From assembly GCA_036867785.1 (NCBI GenBank), contig CP145419.1, positions 992,001 through 1,056,000 of the forward strand: a DNA stretch of 64,000 nucleotides, given 5' to 3'. The translations under genes and the position numbers were made by a program. The stretch comes from Plasmodiophora brassicae (lineage: Eukaryota). The notes beneath the pieces were generated by a model. The model had not been told where the DNA came from. It did not search any database and saw only the letters and a list, made by a program, of their open reading frames with translations. This document shows positions 23,152 to 33,339 of this stretch, one piece after another. Every line of letters starts with the position of its first letter. Position 1 is the stretch's first letter.

Positions 23152-26100
23152 TTACAGGAGATGGCGTATCGTCCGGCGCAAGCTCTGGTAGTTTGTCGTG
23201 CACTTCCGGCGCTTGGCCCCCGCATGGCCCGGCTTGGCGCTTTGACGCCGAACCCATTGCACCAGGGCACCTTCCGCCTTCTGGAAATACATATTGACCT
23301 GCCGGGTCCATTCGGGCAGCGTCGCAGCGCCGGCGAGCGCCGGCGTTAGTGTCGGCGGCGGCACCATGCCGTCCGGCGTAAACCGCTGCGTCGACAGCAG
23401 ATCCCGCCAGAAACAGGCATCCGCGACACGCCGGCGACGGCTCTCCTCGCAGGCGGTCAGGTCGACCCCGTCCAGGTCGTTCACGAACGCGTACGTGGCT
23501 GCCTTCCACGCCGGCCACGACGGGTGCAATACAGCATCGATGCCATTGTCGCGGTCGTCACGGGTGCCTGACGTCGACACGGCTGCTGCGGCGTCGACCG
23601 TCTCAGACGGCGACGACGACGTCGTCGAGCATCTCGTGACGGGATCGGCGGTGGCGAGATCGGGCGCATGGGTGGCGGCGAGCTGGCCAGGTAGGTTGCC
23701 CTTAGCGGTCGCCATCTGGAGGGCGGTCGCGATGCTGTCCATCTTCTCGTCCAGCGCAGCGACCTTGGCCTCCAGTGATTCCATGAACGCAGTGACCGCC
23801 GGCGACAACGCCTGAACAGGTTCTGCCGCGCCCGATGATGATGATGATGATGATGGTGCCGGAGCGGCCCCGGTTGATTGTCGGAAGACGTGCGGGTTGT
23901 CCGAGCGGTGACTGGCAACGACCTCGGCTGACCAGCGGTCGACCGCGTCGACCGCTATACCGAGCTGGACGCAGACGTCGCGGACGCGCGCGACCATCAA
24001 ATGCTCCGCCCCTGTTGTCTCGCTTCGGAGGCCCTTCACGAACGCCCACCGACTCAGAAGCGCCGCTGTCAGGACGCGGACGACAGGCTTGGAAAGCGTC
24101 GGCGCCCTTGCAAAGAGCTGATCGCCGAACCGGACCCGCTGGGCCGTATCGTGATGGGCGGCGCCGCTGCTGATGCCGAGCGATGGAGCCACGATTTTCG
24201 GGTCGCCCGCCTTGGGGCAGTCGTGTCCCGCCGTCGTGCATGCGCCAATGTAGTCGGCGAACACGTCGTTGGACAACAGGTAATGTTCGTCGGCGGTGCG
24301 CGCGCGGGCCCAGCCGCCCCGGTACGCCCGAGCAGTGGACGACGCGCCGTACTGCTCCATGTCGACAGCCGCCGAGTGCCGGAACATGTGAGTCTTGGCC
24401 GTGTCCGGCGTCAGCAACGGGCCGAGCCCATCGGAGCCGGCCTGCTGGGCGTACCGCTTGAGCAGCGTCCCCACCGGTCCCGATCCTATCTGGGAGTCCA
24501 CGAGCGCGTCGCTAGCCGACCCGTTGACGGCGCACTGGAGCGCCGTCGCCAGCACCACGTCAAGCTCTGCGGTCAGGTCGAATACCGACCTGTGCTCCCG
24601 CGTGACGTTCGTCTACAAGTGAGAGTGTACAGGCTCGCTCAGAGCGCGTCGGGACGTCCTGCGGCGTCGGTTTACCTTGGGCCGGTAGATATCAACGGCG
24701 ATGCCACGGGCGAACGCATCGAACCGAATTCCGCTCAAGTGGACGGATGCGAGGTCGCTGATGCGGGTACAGAAATGCCGAGCCCACACGACGACGGCAT
24801 ACAAAGCGACGGACGACGACGTGTTCTCTCTGCATAATGCTCTGCGTCAGCCACGTCGTCGCAGCAGCAGGGGTCGACCGCGGTACAGCCACGTACAACA
24901 GCAGATGGCGGACGAAGCGCGCGTAAAGAGACCGATCCAGGGCCTGTGCCGGCTTGTGGTAGGGGCCTGCCAGGGACGTGGCGGGTCCCGGTGCGTTAGT
25001 TGATCACATGTGGCATCGGCGGCGGCACGAGGTCGCCTACGATTCTGAGCGTGCGCACGCGCCGTCAGGACCGCCCGAATCCTGCTTGTGATCTTGGTCA
25101 TGGCATCGCCGCGCTCGAGCGATACGACCTTCTCTCCGTTGAAGAAGTCGCGGGACAGCACCGCACGAGCCCCATGCAGGTACGCGATTGCCGTCGTGTC
25201 GGCCTTAATCGACGGCACATGGACTAGCATGTACTCGGCGAGGTTGGCCGCGAAGGTCGGCGTTATCAGCTCGCCCTGCGTCTTGCCCTGCAGGATCAGC
25301 TCCCGCAGGCGAGCAGGCGTCGCGAACGGGATGGCGTGCTCCGTGGCGTACGTGGCCACGTAGTCGAACAGCACCGAGGCACCCCTCCCGTTATGCTTGC
25401 GCGCGCTCACCGACGACCGGTGTAGTGTCAACGCGTTCCCCTGGCGCGTCAAGGAATCGGTCAGCACGAAGGCGCACCGGCGGCGCTGGCGAACGCTGGC
25501 GTACGGTGATCGCGGGACCTGACGGCGACGAAACGATCAGCGGATGCGGAGACGCTGTCGGCAGAGCATGCAGGAAGGACGACGACGGTGACAGTACAGG
25601 CGCACCCGCTGACGACGTCGGCGACGATGTACCGGCTGCCTGCTCCTGATGTAGCGAAACACGGCGTGGCGGTGGTCAGCAGGCGAATCGAACAGATTGG
25701 CCAGCCACGGGCGCGTACAGTTACGACGATGGCAGGCAACACGAGAGGCAACGGCACCGATGTCCCACCATCCTGCGACGCAGACAAGGGAGGCACCGGC
25801 GCAGACGTGCTCGACGATGCCGCCGCAGGCAGAGTCGCCAGTGACACCGACGACTCGATTTGGGCGATTGTCGACGACGTCAGGCTGCAGGTCTGCAGAG
25901 ACACGTAGTGAGATCGGGCGCCACAATGTAGAGCCAGCCTGGGCGTACCGAGACGACGATGGCGGGCAGCGCGCCAGGCGGCGGCGGCAATATTACTGAC
26001 GACGTCGGCGACGAAGGCGCCGCTAGCAACGATGCCGATGAGGGCGACGGCGTGGACGGCCTCGCTGGTGCAGGCAAAGTTGACGTGGACGGACCCTCTG

Positions 26101-26362
26101 GCGCAGGACTTGATGATGACGCCGGCGAGCGATCTGGGGCTGACGATGGCAGTGGATGGACCTGAAACGGAGCGACATGATGGTGGTCAGCAGACGCGAA
26201 CCGGCACGCACGGCAGCACAGGCGCAGCACCGATGTCGCGGGCAGAAGGACCGCGGCCGTCGCCGGCGGCCGGACAGGAGACGGACCGCGAATGAACCGG
26301 GGTTGGCGACGACGACTAACGACAGCCGGAGCTGGCACAGACGGCTGCTTCGGCGCTGGCGC

Positions 26363-26399
<37 letters not shown>

Positions 26400-26410
26400 C
26401 CTGGGACCAT
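23152..26410 (-). mobile_element. Crypton-like tyrosine recombinase gene (intron-containing); 5' start and element ends uncertain
   Basis: Removing introns 24967-25040, 24842-24896 and 24613-24675 joins the ORFs in frame: FCTRISDL (R), RPKTN (K), KTHMFRH (HxxR), GGW (W), EHYL (Y). No reverse transcriptase nearby. Confidence 0.75.
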
Positions 26411-26725
26411 GGCGGATACCGAACTGCAGCTCCTGACAGTGCACACACGCCCGGTCAGACATGGCGACGGGGTATCCGCCTGGCGACTGCAATTTGTAAC
26501 ACCCTGGCGGGACGGGGGCGCCAACGGGTCCGAAAACGCATTGGCACACTGGCGCGCGTGGCCCTGGGTGTAACGGGGGTTGGGGGGGGGGGGGGGGGGG
26601 GGGCTGACTGCTGACGTCTCCCTCTCCACTTACGCAGTGAACTGCAACTGCGCCGTTCGGGCAGTTCTGGGGCAGCTGCGGGGCGGCTGATCGGTTATAT
26701 ACCAGTGTCTGCAGCCACCGACGTT

Positions 26726-27692
26726 ATGGGCGGTGCGAACATCCCCAGTGCTCTGCTCGCGATCGGTCTCACAGCTGGCATCGTCGGTGCCCTTACGCTA
26801 CGGTCCAGCGACGCCGTTGACCATACGGTCAACACCTCGGCGGCCGGCGAGCACTCCGATGTCCTGAAATACATCGTCGATGATCTGGGCGAGAGGGACG
26901 ACCCCGTCGTCCTGCCCGTTATTGCCGATGACGAGCTTGCGCTGATCGTCGAGTTTATTACCGCAACCGTAGCCCATGAGGTATTCGCAGGCAGGTTGGT
27001 CGTCCCCGGTACACGAGTCTGTAAACACGTCTTCCGTATAGGGCGATCAGGGCGCCCGGTGGGCCAGGGATAGACTCAACCAGACAGGGCTCGCGACGCA
27101 ATGTCGACTTCTCGTCGCCGCCAACTTCCTCGATATGCACTCGCTTATGAGCGCAGTCATGTCGCTGAAGCGCACGTGGCGAGATATTGCCGCGATACGC
27201 GACATGAAGTGCATGCACCCGCAGGTCTTCCCGATCGTCGTGGATTACGCTCCATGCATTATAAGGCTTGTTCAGATCGCTGCCTCGCAGATACAGGTGT
27301 CGATCGTCAACTGGATTCGCGATCGTCTCATAACCGGAGGCAATGTCACTGTAATCAATAACCAACGCTGGGATAAGACTGACCCCCTGTTGAACTGGGC
27401 AGCATGGAATAACGAGGAGCTTGTCGTCCGATTCCTGTTGAGCGCCCCAGGGATCGACGTCAACGCACGTAATTCCTTTGGCTGGACACCTTTGCACTGT
27501 GCCGCCGCTTATGGATATCAAGACATCGTCGCATTGCTATTAAGCGCTCCCGACGTCGACGTCGATGCGCGAGACGATCTCCAGATGACGCCGCTGATGA
27601 CTGCAGGTCCCCATCGTGGCATCGGCAACCTGCTCGTTAAGGCACGCCGGCAGACGCTGGGGCGTTATCTCATGCGATGGAGGACCAACTGA
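26726..27692 (+). CDS. Secreted SKP1/BTB-like + ankyrin repeat protein (candidate effector), 2 exons
   Basis: SP MGGANIPSALLAIGLTAGIVGA; LTLRSSD...VVLPVI...LALIVEF; spliced LLVAANFLDM (SKP1 signature); ankyrins LLNWAAWNN, GWTPLHCAAAYG, MTPLMTA. Confidence 0.85.
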
Positions 27693-27903
27693 TACAAAGC
27701 ACGCCTATCTGCGTTAGTACTCTTCCATCATCCGCGTATCGACCGGTGATCGGAAGGGGCCAATAACGAGGTTGTACTTGTAGGCGGCGACTGAATCATC
27801 AGGTTAGAAAGGCGTTAGGGGAAGATACGACAGGGTCGGTTTCCCGAGATACGCGGTGTACTTCTGAGATTTATGGTGTGGCTGCGTGCCGACGGCGAAT
27901 TTA

Positions 27904-28859
27904 ATGGGGACGGCCAGCTGGGTCGCCGTGGGCAATAGCCTGTCGGTACTGCTGTGTTGCGTCGTGGTGGTCGGGGCGGCACCGGTGCCCTGCAGTAACC
28001 CTGTCGTGAATACCACCACGGGAGAGTGTGGCGGCCAGAACCACAACTACCAAAGCTGTACGTGCGTTTGGACGTTCCGTTCTCCCCTGAAGTGCTTCGT
28101 GATATTCACGCACTTGACCAGGCGAACCTGGCAAATGCTGCAGCCAATACGGCTAGTACGTCGTAATCGCATCACGGTTTGCACACGTTCGTAGCATTGA
28201 CCGATACGTACTGCAGCTGTGGAAACACCACCACATATTGCAACGCGATGTCGATGTGCCCAGCAGCAACCGCACCCCCGACGATATCAGCACCAACGTT
28301 TACGTCGTCACTGCCCGCAGCGCCGACCCCCAAGTCACCCAATTCTCGACCGAGCACGCCGCCAAGACGGCGGACATCGCAGACGAACCCGTCGCCGAAA
28401 CCGCCGCCTTCTCCAGCTCCTCGAACGCCTCCGCAATCCCCAACGGCGCCGATCGCGAAACGCGTCACGACCCATGTGGCGCCGCTACCATCCCTTCCGA
28501 CGGCGCCTCCCCAGAGGCAACAGCCAGCATCGGCGGACGCGCCGCCGACGTGGTACGCCCAGACGTTGTGGGACGTGCCAGTCTGGATCGTTGTCGTCAC
28601 CATCGTGCTCACGTTCGTCGCGATCGCCCTAGTCTGCAAGATAGAACCGTGCCTGCGACCTCAGCAACAGCAGGTGCCGACCTACCCACCAACCGGACGG
28701 GCGGCCGCAATACCCATCAACCCGTCCTGGGCACCAGTGCGCTCGCCTGTCCATCTACAGTTTGTCCCAGGTGCCAGCGGCGGCGTGCAGAGCCGATCCA
28801 TGCAGTACATTCGAGCCGGTCCGCACAACGTTCCACAGAACCAAACTGCCTACTTCTAG
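27904..28859 (+). CDS. Hevein/CBM18 chitin-binding type-I membrane protein B, 3 exons
   Basis: Exons 27904-28057, 28122-28155, 28217-28859 give SP + CGGQNHNYQSCEPGKCCSQYGYCGNTTTYC + P/T stalk + TM + YIRAGPHN tail. Confidence 0.87.
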
Positions 28860-28947
28860 CAATCCTGTGGCCGAACGAACCCACGATCTAGGGAATGTTT
28901 TGTTTTACTGTACAGTACATAAATAGGAGGCGTTGACATGTGCGTCG

Positions 28948-29361
28948 TCATTCGATGGCGATGTAGTTGGAGGTCGGCGTGCCTTCCCGCTTAGGAATGT
29001 CGACGAACAGCATGCCGTTCTCGTACTTGGCGGTGACCTGATCCGCGTTGATGTTCTTCGGCAGGCGGATCGAACGCGACGTCTGGCCGTAGATGCGTTC
29101 CGAGAAGTGGACATGCTCCTTCTCGCCGACCTTCTCCTCCTTGCGTTCGGCCGACACCGTCAGGACCCCGTTCTCAATCTTCAGCTTGACGTCATCCTTC
29201 GACGTCCCCGGCGTTTCAACCGTCAGCGCGTACGACTTGTCCTTCTCCTTGAACTCCATCTTCAGCACGGGCGCCTGTACCGCGTCGCCCGGCTGCCGTG
29301 GCATCAGGCGGCGCTCGAACGGCGTCGTGTCGAACAGCGAGTCCCACAGCTGCAGCGACAT
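28948..29361 (-). CDS. Small heat-shock protein (HSP20/alpha-crystallin domain)
   Basis: ETPGTSKDDVKLKIENGVLTVSAERK...ERIYGQTSRSIRLP...AKYENGMLFVDIPK. Confidence 0.95.
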   Translation of the reverse strand: MSLQLWDSLFDTTPFERRLMPRQPGDAVQAPVLKMEFKEKDKSYALTVETPGTSKDDVKLKIENGVLTVSAERKEEKVGEKEHVHFSERIYGQTSRSIRLPKNINADQVTAKYENGMLFVDIPKREGTPTSNYIAIE

Positions 29362-29468
29362 TGGTGTTGGTTGATGCTCTTCTTCCTTCTCCCGCTTCTC
29401 CTCGATCACTTTGAAGTTTTTCTGTTTGACCGTGCAGTCACCTGATCCGCCCCATAACAACAACCGCG

Positions 29469-29673
29469 GAACATTCCCAGGAACGTTCTTGCGGGGTGTG
29501 ACTCGGAACATTCTCTGCGAACATTCCCACGCAGATTTTTGCTCGGAATGTTCCCCGGACAGCGCGAGCTGCATTCCGGGGGCGCGGCGTTCTTGCGGGG
29601 GCGTGACTCGGAACATTCTGATTTCTGTGCGAACGTCCCCCCCCCCCCCCCCAGTTTTTTGCTCGGAATGTTC
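29469..29673. promoter_or_regulatory. Heat-shock element array (7 perfect GAAnnTTC) in the divergent HSP20/GRHPR promoter
   Basis: GAAnnTTC at 29469, 29481, 29506, 29519, 29546, 29611, 29666. Confidence 0.85.
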
Positions 29674-29740
29674 CCGGACTGCGCGAGCTGCATCCCGGGG
29701 GCCGCGCATGTCCGGTGCGGGGTCCGCACGTCGTTTCGGC

Positions 29741-31004
29741 ATGCGCGTGCTGGTCACGCGCCGCCTGCCGCCCGGCGCGCACGGCCGTCTCGTCGGCTTG
29801 GCGGCGTCGCAAGGGTCCACGTCGTGTCGTCGCACTGTCGCGGGACCCCGAAAATAATGGTCGACGCCGACGTGTAGGTTCGAGGTCGACCTGTGGGATC
29901 ACGACGCGCCCGCGATCCCACGCGGTCAGCTTCTGGAACGCGTCCGCGGGTGCCACGGCGCGCTCGTCCTGCTGACCGACCGGGTCGACGAGGAACTCCT
30001 CGACGCGGCGGGTACGTGGCGTGGGCCCAGGAGCCGTTAGCGGATCCCAGGCTGACCAAATTGCCACAGGGCCGCAACTGGCTGTCGTATCGACCATGTC
30101 GGTCGGGTTCGACCACATCGACATCGGCAGTTGCCGGCGGCGTGCCATCCGAATCGGGACGACGCCGGACGTGCTGACGGACGCGACCGCCGACCTGACC
30201 GTCGGCCTCCTCATCGCCGTCCTTCGCCGATTCCAACCCGCCATGCGAGCGGCCCGTGACGGAAGCGTACGTGCCGCCTGATGATGATGATGATGACGTC
30301 GTGTCGCGGACGAATCACTGTGTTGTACGCCAATAGTGGGGGATCTGGAGCCCCACCTGGATGTGCGGGTCCGACCTGCGAGGTAAAACGATCGGCCTGA
30401 TCGGCATGGGACGGATCGGCGCCGCCGTCGCTGACCGCCTGGCTCCATTCAAGACAGGTGCGTACGGGGGACCTCGTTTGCGTCCCGTTCCCGCTAACGG
30501 TCGTCTGTTCAGGTCCGATTCAGTATTGTAGCAGAAGCGAGAAGCGGGCCCTCCCGCATCGGTTCGTGTCGTTGGAGGACCTCCTGCGCACGTCCGACAT
30601 TGTCATCGTGACCTGCGCGCTGTCGGACGACACGCGCGCCCTGATCACGATGGCCCAGCTGACGCTGATGAAGCGGACGGCGTTCCTGATCAACACGGCT
30701 CGCGGGCCGATCGTGAACGCGCACGATCTGGCGCTGGCTCTGCGTCAGGGTGTCATTGCGGGCGCGGGCCTCGACGTCACCGACCCGGAGCCGATCCGTC
30801 CGGATGACCCTCTGCTCTCGCTCGACAACTGCCTAATCCTTCCCCATGGTCGGTCGCACGGCTGGATGACAGCGTCGCGCTGACCGACCTCGCGTAGTCG
30901 GGAGCGCCACCATGGAGACTCGGGAGGCCATGGCGAACCTGGCGATCGATAACCTGTTCGCGGCGCTGCAAGGCAGACCGATGCCGGCCGAGCTGCGCCC
31001 CTGA
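29741..31004 (+). CDS. GRHPR: Glyoxylate/hydroxypyruvate reductase (D-2-hydroxyacid dehydrogenase), multi-exon
   Basis: MRVLVTRRLP, MSVGFDHID, TPDVLTDATAD, GLIGMGRIG, INTARG, GLDVTDPEP, LPH. Confidence 0.9.
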
Positions 31005-31057
31005 ACAATGCACGGTGCACACGTCTCGCCCCCCCAGACGACCCTACTGTGCTCTGT

Positions 31058-33108
31058 TTATCGGATCAGCGCCACGCGTCCAAGCTGGAGCCGGGGCGGG
31101 GGCGGCGCCGCCCGTTGCGCCGCCTGATTCGGCACGACGTCGTCGGGGTGCAGGTCGCCCGGTGCGACGGCCGGCGGCGTCGTCGGGTTCTTGCAATTCG
31201 GCACGCGGCACTCCTGCTCGGAATGCTTGCGACAGGCGCCGCAGGTCGTGCACCAGACGCTCGCGTCCGGCAGCTCGCTCGTGCAGATCGTGCACGCCCA
31301 CATCTCCTGCTCGTCGTCCGCCTCGCTCAGCAGGCGGACGCCATCGTCGCCCTCGCCGCACGCCTCGAACACGCGCTTGCCGAAGTGGCGGACGGCGCCG
31401 CCGATCCGGACAATGTCGTCGAGGTTGCCCATCTCGTCGGCCGCCAGCAGCCCCTGCAGCTTCTCTGCCAGGCTCTCCAGGACGCCCTGCTGGTGCTCGA
31501 GCAGGCGCTTGCGCGGCCCGCCCTCCATGTAGTACGCCAGGCAGTACGTCCACGACAGGCCGCGGCGGACGACCTCCAGGCTCTCGACGACCGGCAGCAA
31601 TCGCTCGTCGGTGCCGCCGTCGAACCGCTCGCGTATCCTGACGATCTCCTTCTCGGCCTGCACCTGATGCATGTACCTGTTGAAATAGAACAGGTACCTG
31701 GGTTGACGCTACTGATCAGGTCGCCGGGAACGAGTGCACACGTGTGTGTGTGGCCTACTTCTGAAGCTGTTGTGTCGCATCGGCGCTCTCGTCGGCGGAT
31801 CCGTCCGCGTTGGCCACGCTGCTGTCCGCCTCGTAGATGTTGCACCGGTAGAACCCGAAGCGCTCGACGTCGTGGCTCGACCAGGACTTCTTGCTGGACG
31901 TGGAGCGACGACATGTCAGCCACCACAGGGGCGTTGCCGGGCATCGGGCGCGTACGTACCAGAGCCAGCAGAAGTGGTGCGCACAATTCGAGCATCTGTT
32001 GGGGGGTTCCAGGTCAGCCACCAGTGAAGTGTGTATGTGTGTGTGCACCCTACATCATGTGGTTGCAGGCCTTGTTCTTCTCGATACGGATCTACAAATA
32101 GCGGGGGGACGCGCCCCGTCAGGGGTCCGATTCCTGCGTCCCCGCCGACGAGCTTACGTTGCAATTTGGGCACGCCTTCGTCCTCGACCTGATCCACAGC
32201 GACGTTTCCGCATCGCTCTGCGTCCGCGCGAGCCACCGGGTGACCAGGTCGCAGGGCGCGGGGCGATGGTCGCCCAGTTCGCAGCCGAAGCAGAACGACG
32301 CCTTGCAGAGACAGGTGATGACCTCGCCCGGGTTGCCGCATTCGACGGCGAACTCGCACGATGGCCGGATGCACCACTTGAGCGCGCGTGACCCTGCGCC
32401 ACCCGTCAGCGCGCGACAAGGTGCGGCACGCCCGACGTCCCGCACCTTCGACGAAGGCGTTCCCCAGCCACCGCCTGTACTTTGTGGCTCCCGCCGGTGT
32501 CAGGAACCGCAGGAACAGCCGGGATGGCACCTGCAAGGGCCTGCTCAGCCCGATGACGACGCGGACACGCGCCCGCGTCCGCGTTCTCCTACCTGCAGAT
32601 GGCACTTAACGAACCGTGATGCGCTGTCCTGACTTCCGCCGGGGCACTTGGTGTAGATGCAGGACCGGCCCTTGGAGAACGCCGACCTGACCAGCCCTGT
32701 CCAGCAGTCGTTGCAGAACGTGTGCCCGCACGACAGCGTTGTCGAACTGGCCGGGTCGGTGGGCCCGCAGTACGCCGTCCCACAGACGACGACGTTCCCG
32801 TTCGACGCGGGCGCCGCGCCCCGGACCAGATCCGGGTCGGTCAGGAACGCGTCCTGCAGGTCGGCCGGTCGCCAGCGGAACCGCCCCAGGAGCGTCTCCG
32901 CGACATCGTCGCTGACCGCGAGCGATTCCACGACGCGCTCGATCGCATTCTGCCTGCGCGCGTCGACATCGGCCCGGGTCAGGACGCGAAACGCGGCCGG
33001 CGCCCCTGCCAAATGATCGCCGTCGCAGGCGTTCGCGTCGTCCGCGTCGGACGACCACCCGGCCGCGTCCAGCTCCAGCACATGGTCTTCCTCGACGTAC
33101 GCGGGCAT
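31058..33108 (-). CDS. Ariadne-family RBR E3 ubiquitin ligase with C-terminal RanBP2-type Zn finger, multi-exon
   Basis: CGHTFCNDCW, IBR CLCKASFCFGC...HRPAPC, TKACPNC, IEKNKACNHM, RRGLSWTY, WACTICT...CTTC. Confidence 0.9.
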
Positions 33109-33339
33109 GCTGTCGCGCCTGTGTGTGTGTGGTACTGGAACAGCGACTCGACCTGATATGCCCCTCACGCCCACGGGAGGGCGCGTGCCAACCGCTCTCG
33201 CGGGCGTATCCCACGCGCGTTGGCCCGGCTGATCCGTCAGCGGGCGCCATCGTTCGGGGAACAGACAGGCACACACACGATGTTTATGAATGAAGCGAGC
33301 GGCGACTTAACGGCGGCGGCGGAGGGGCAGGGGCGCGTT

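Noticed and set aside
24559-25000. Recombinase as a frameshifted pseudogene
   Set aside because: All three breaks are resolved by canonical, phase-compatible introns.
29362-29835. N-terminal extension of HSP20 (295-aa ORF)
   Set aside because: It is the translated HSE promoter array and overlaps the GRHPR start; the typical HSP20 begins at 29361.
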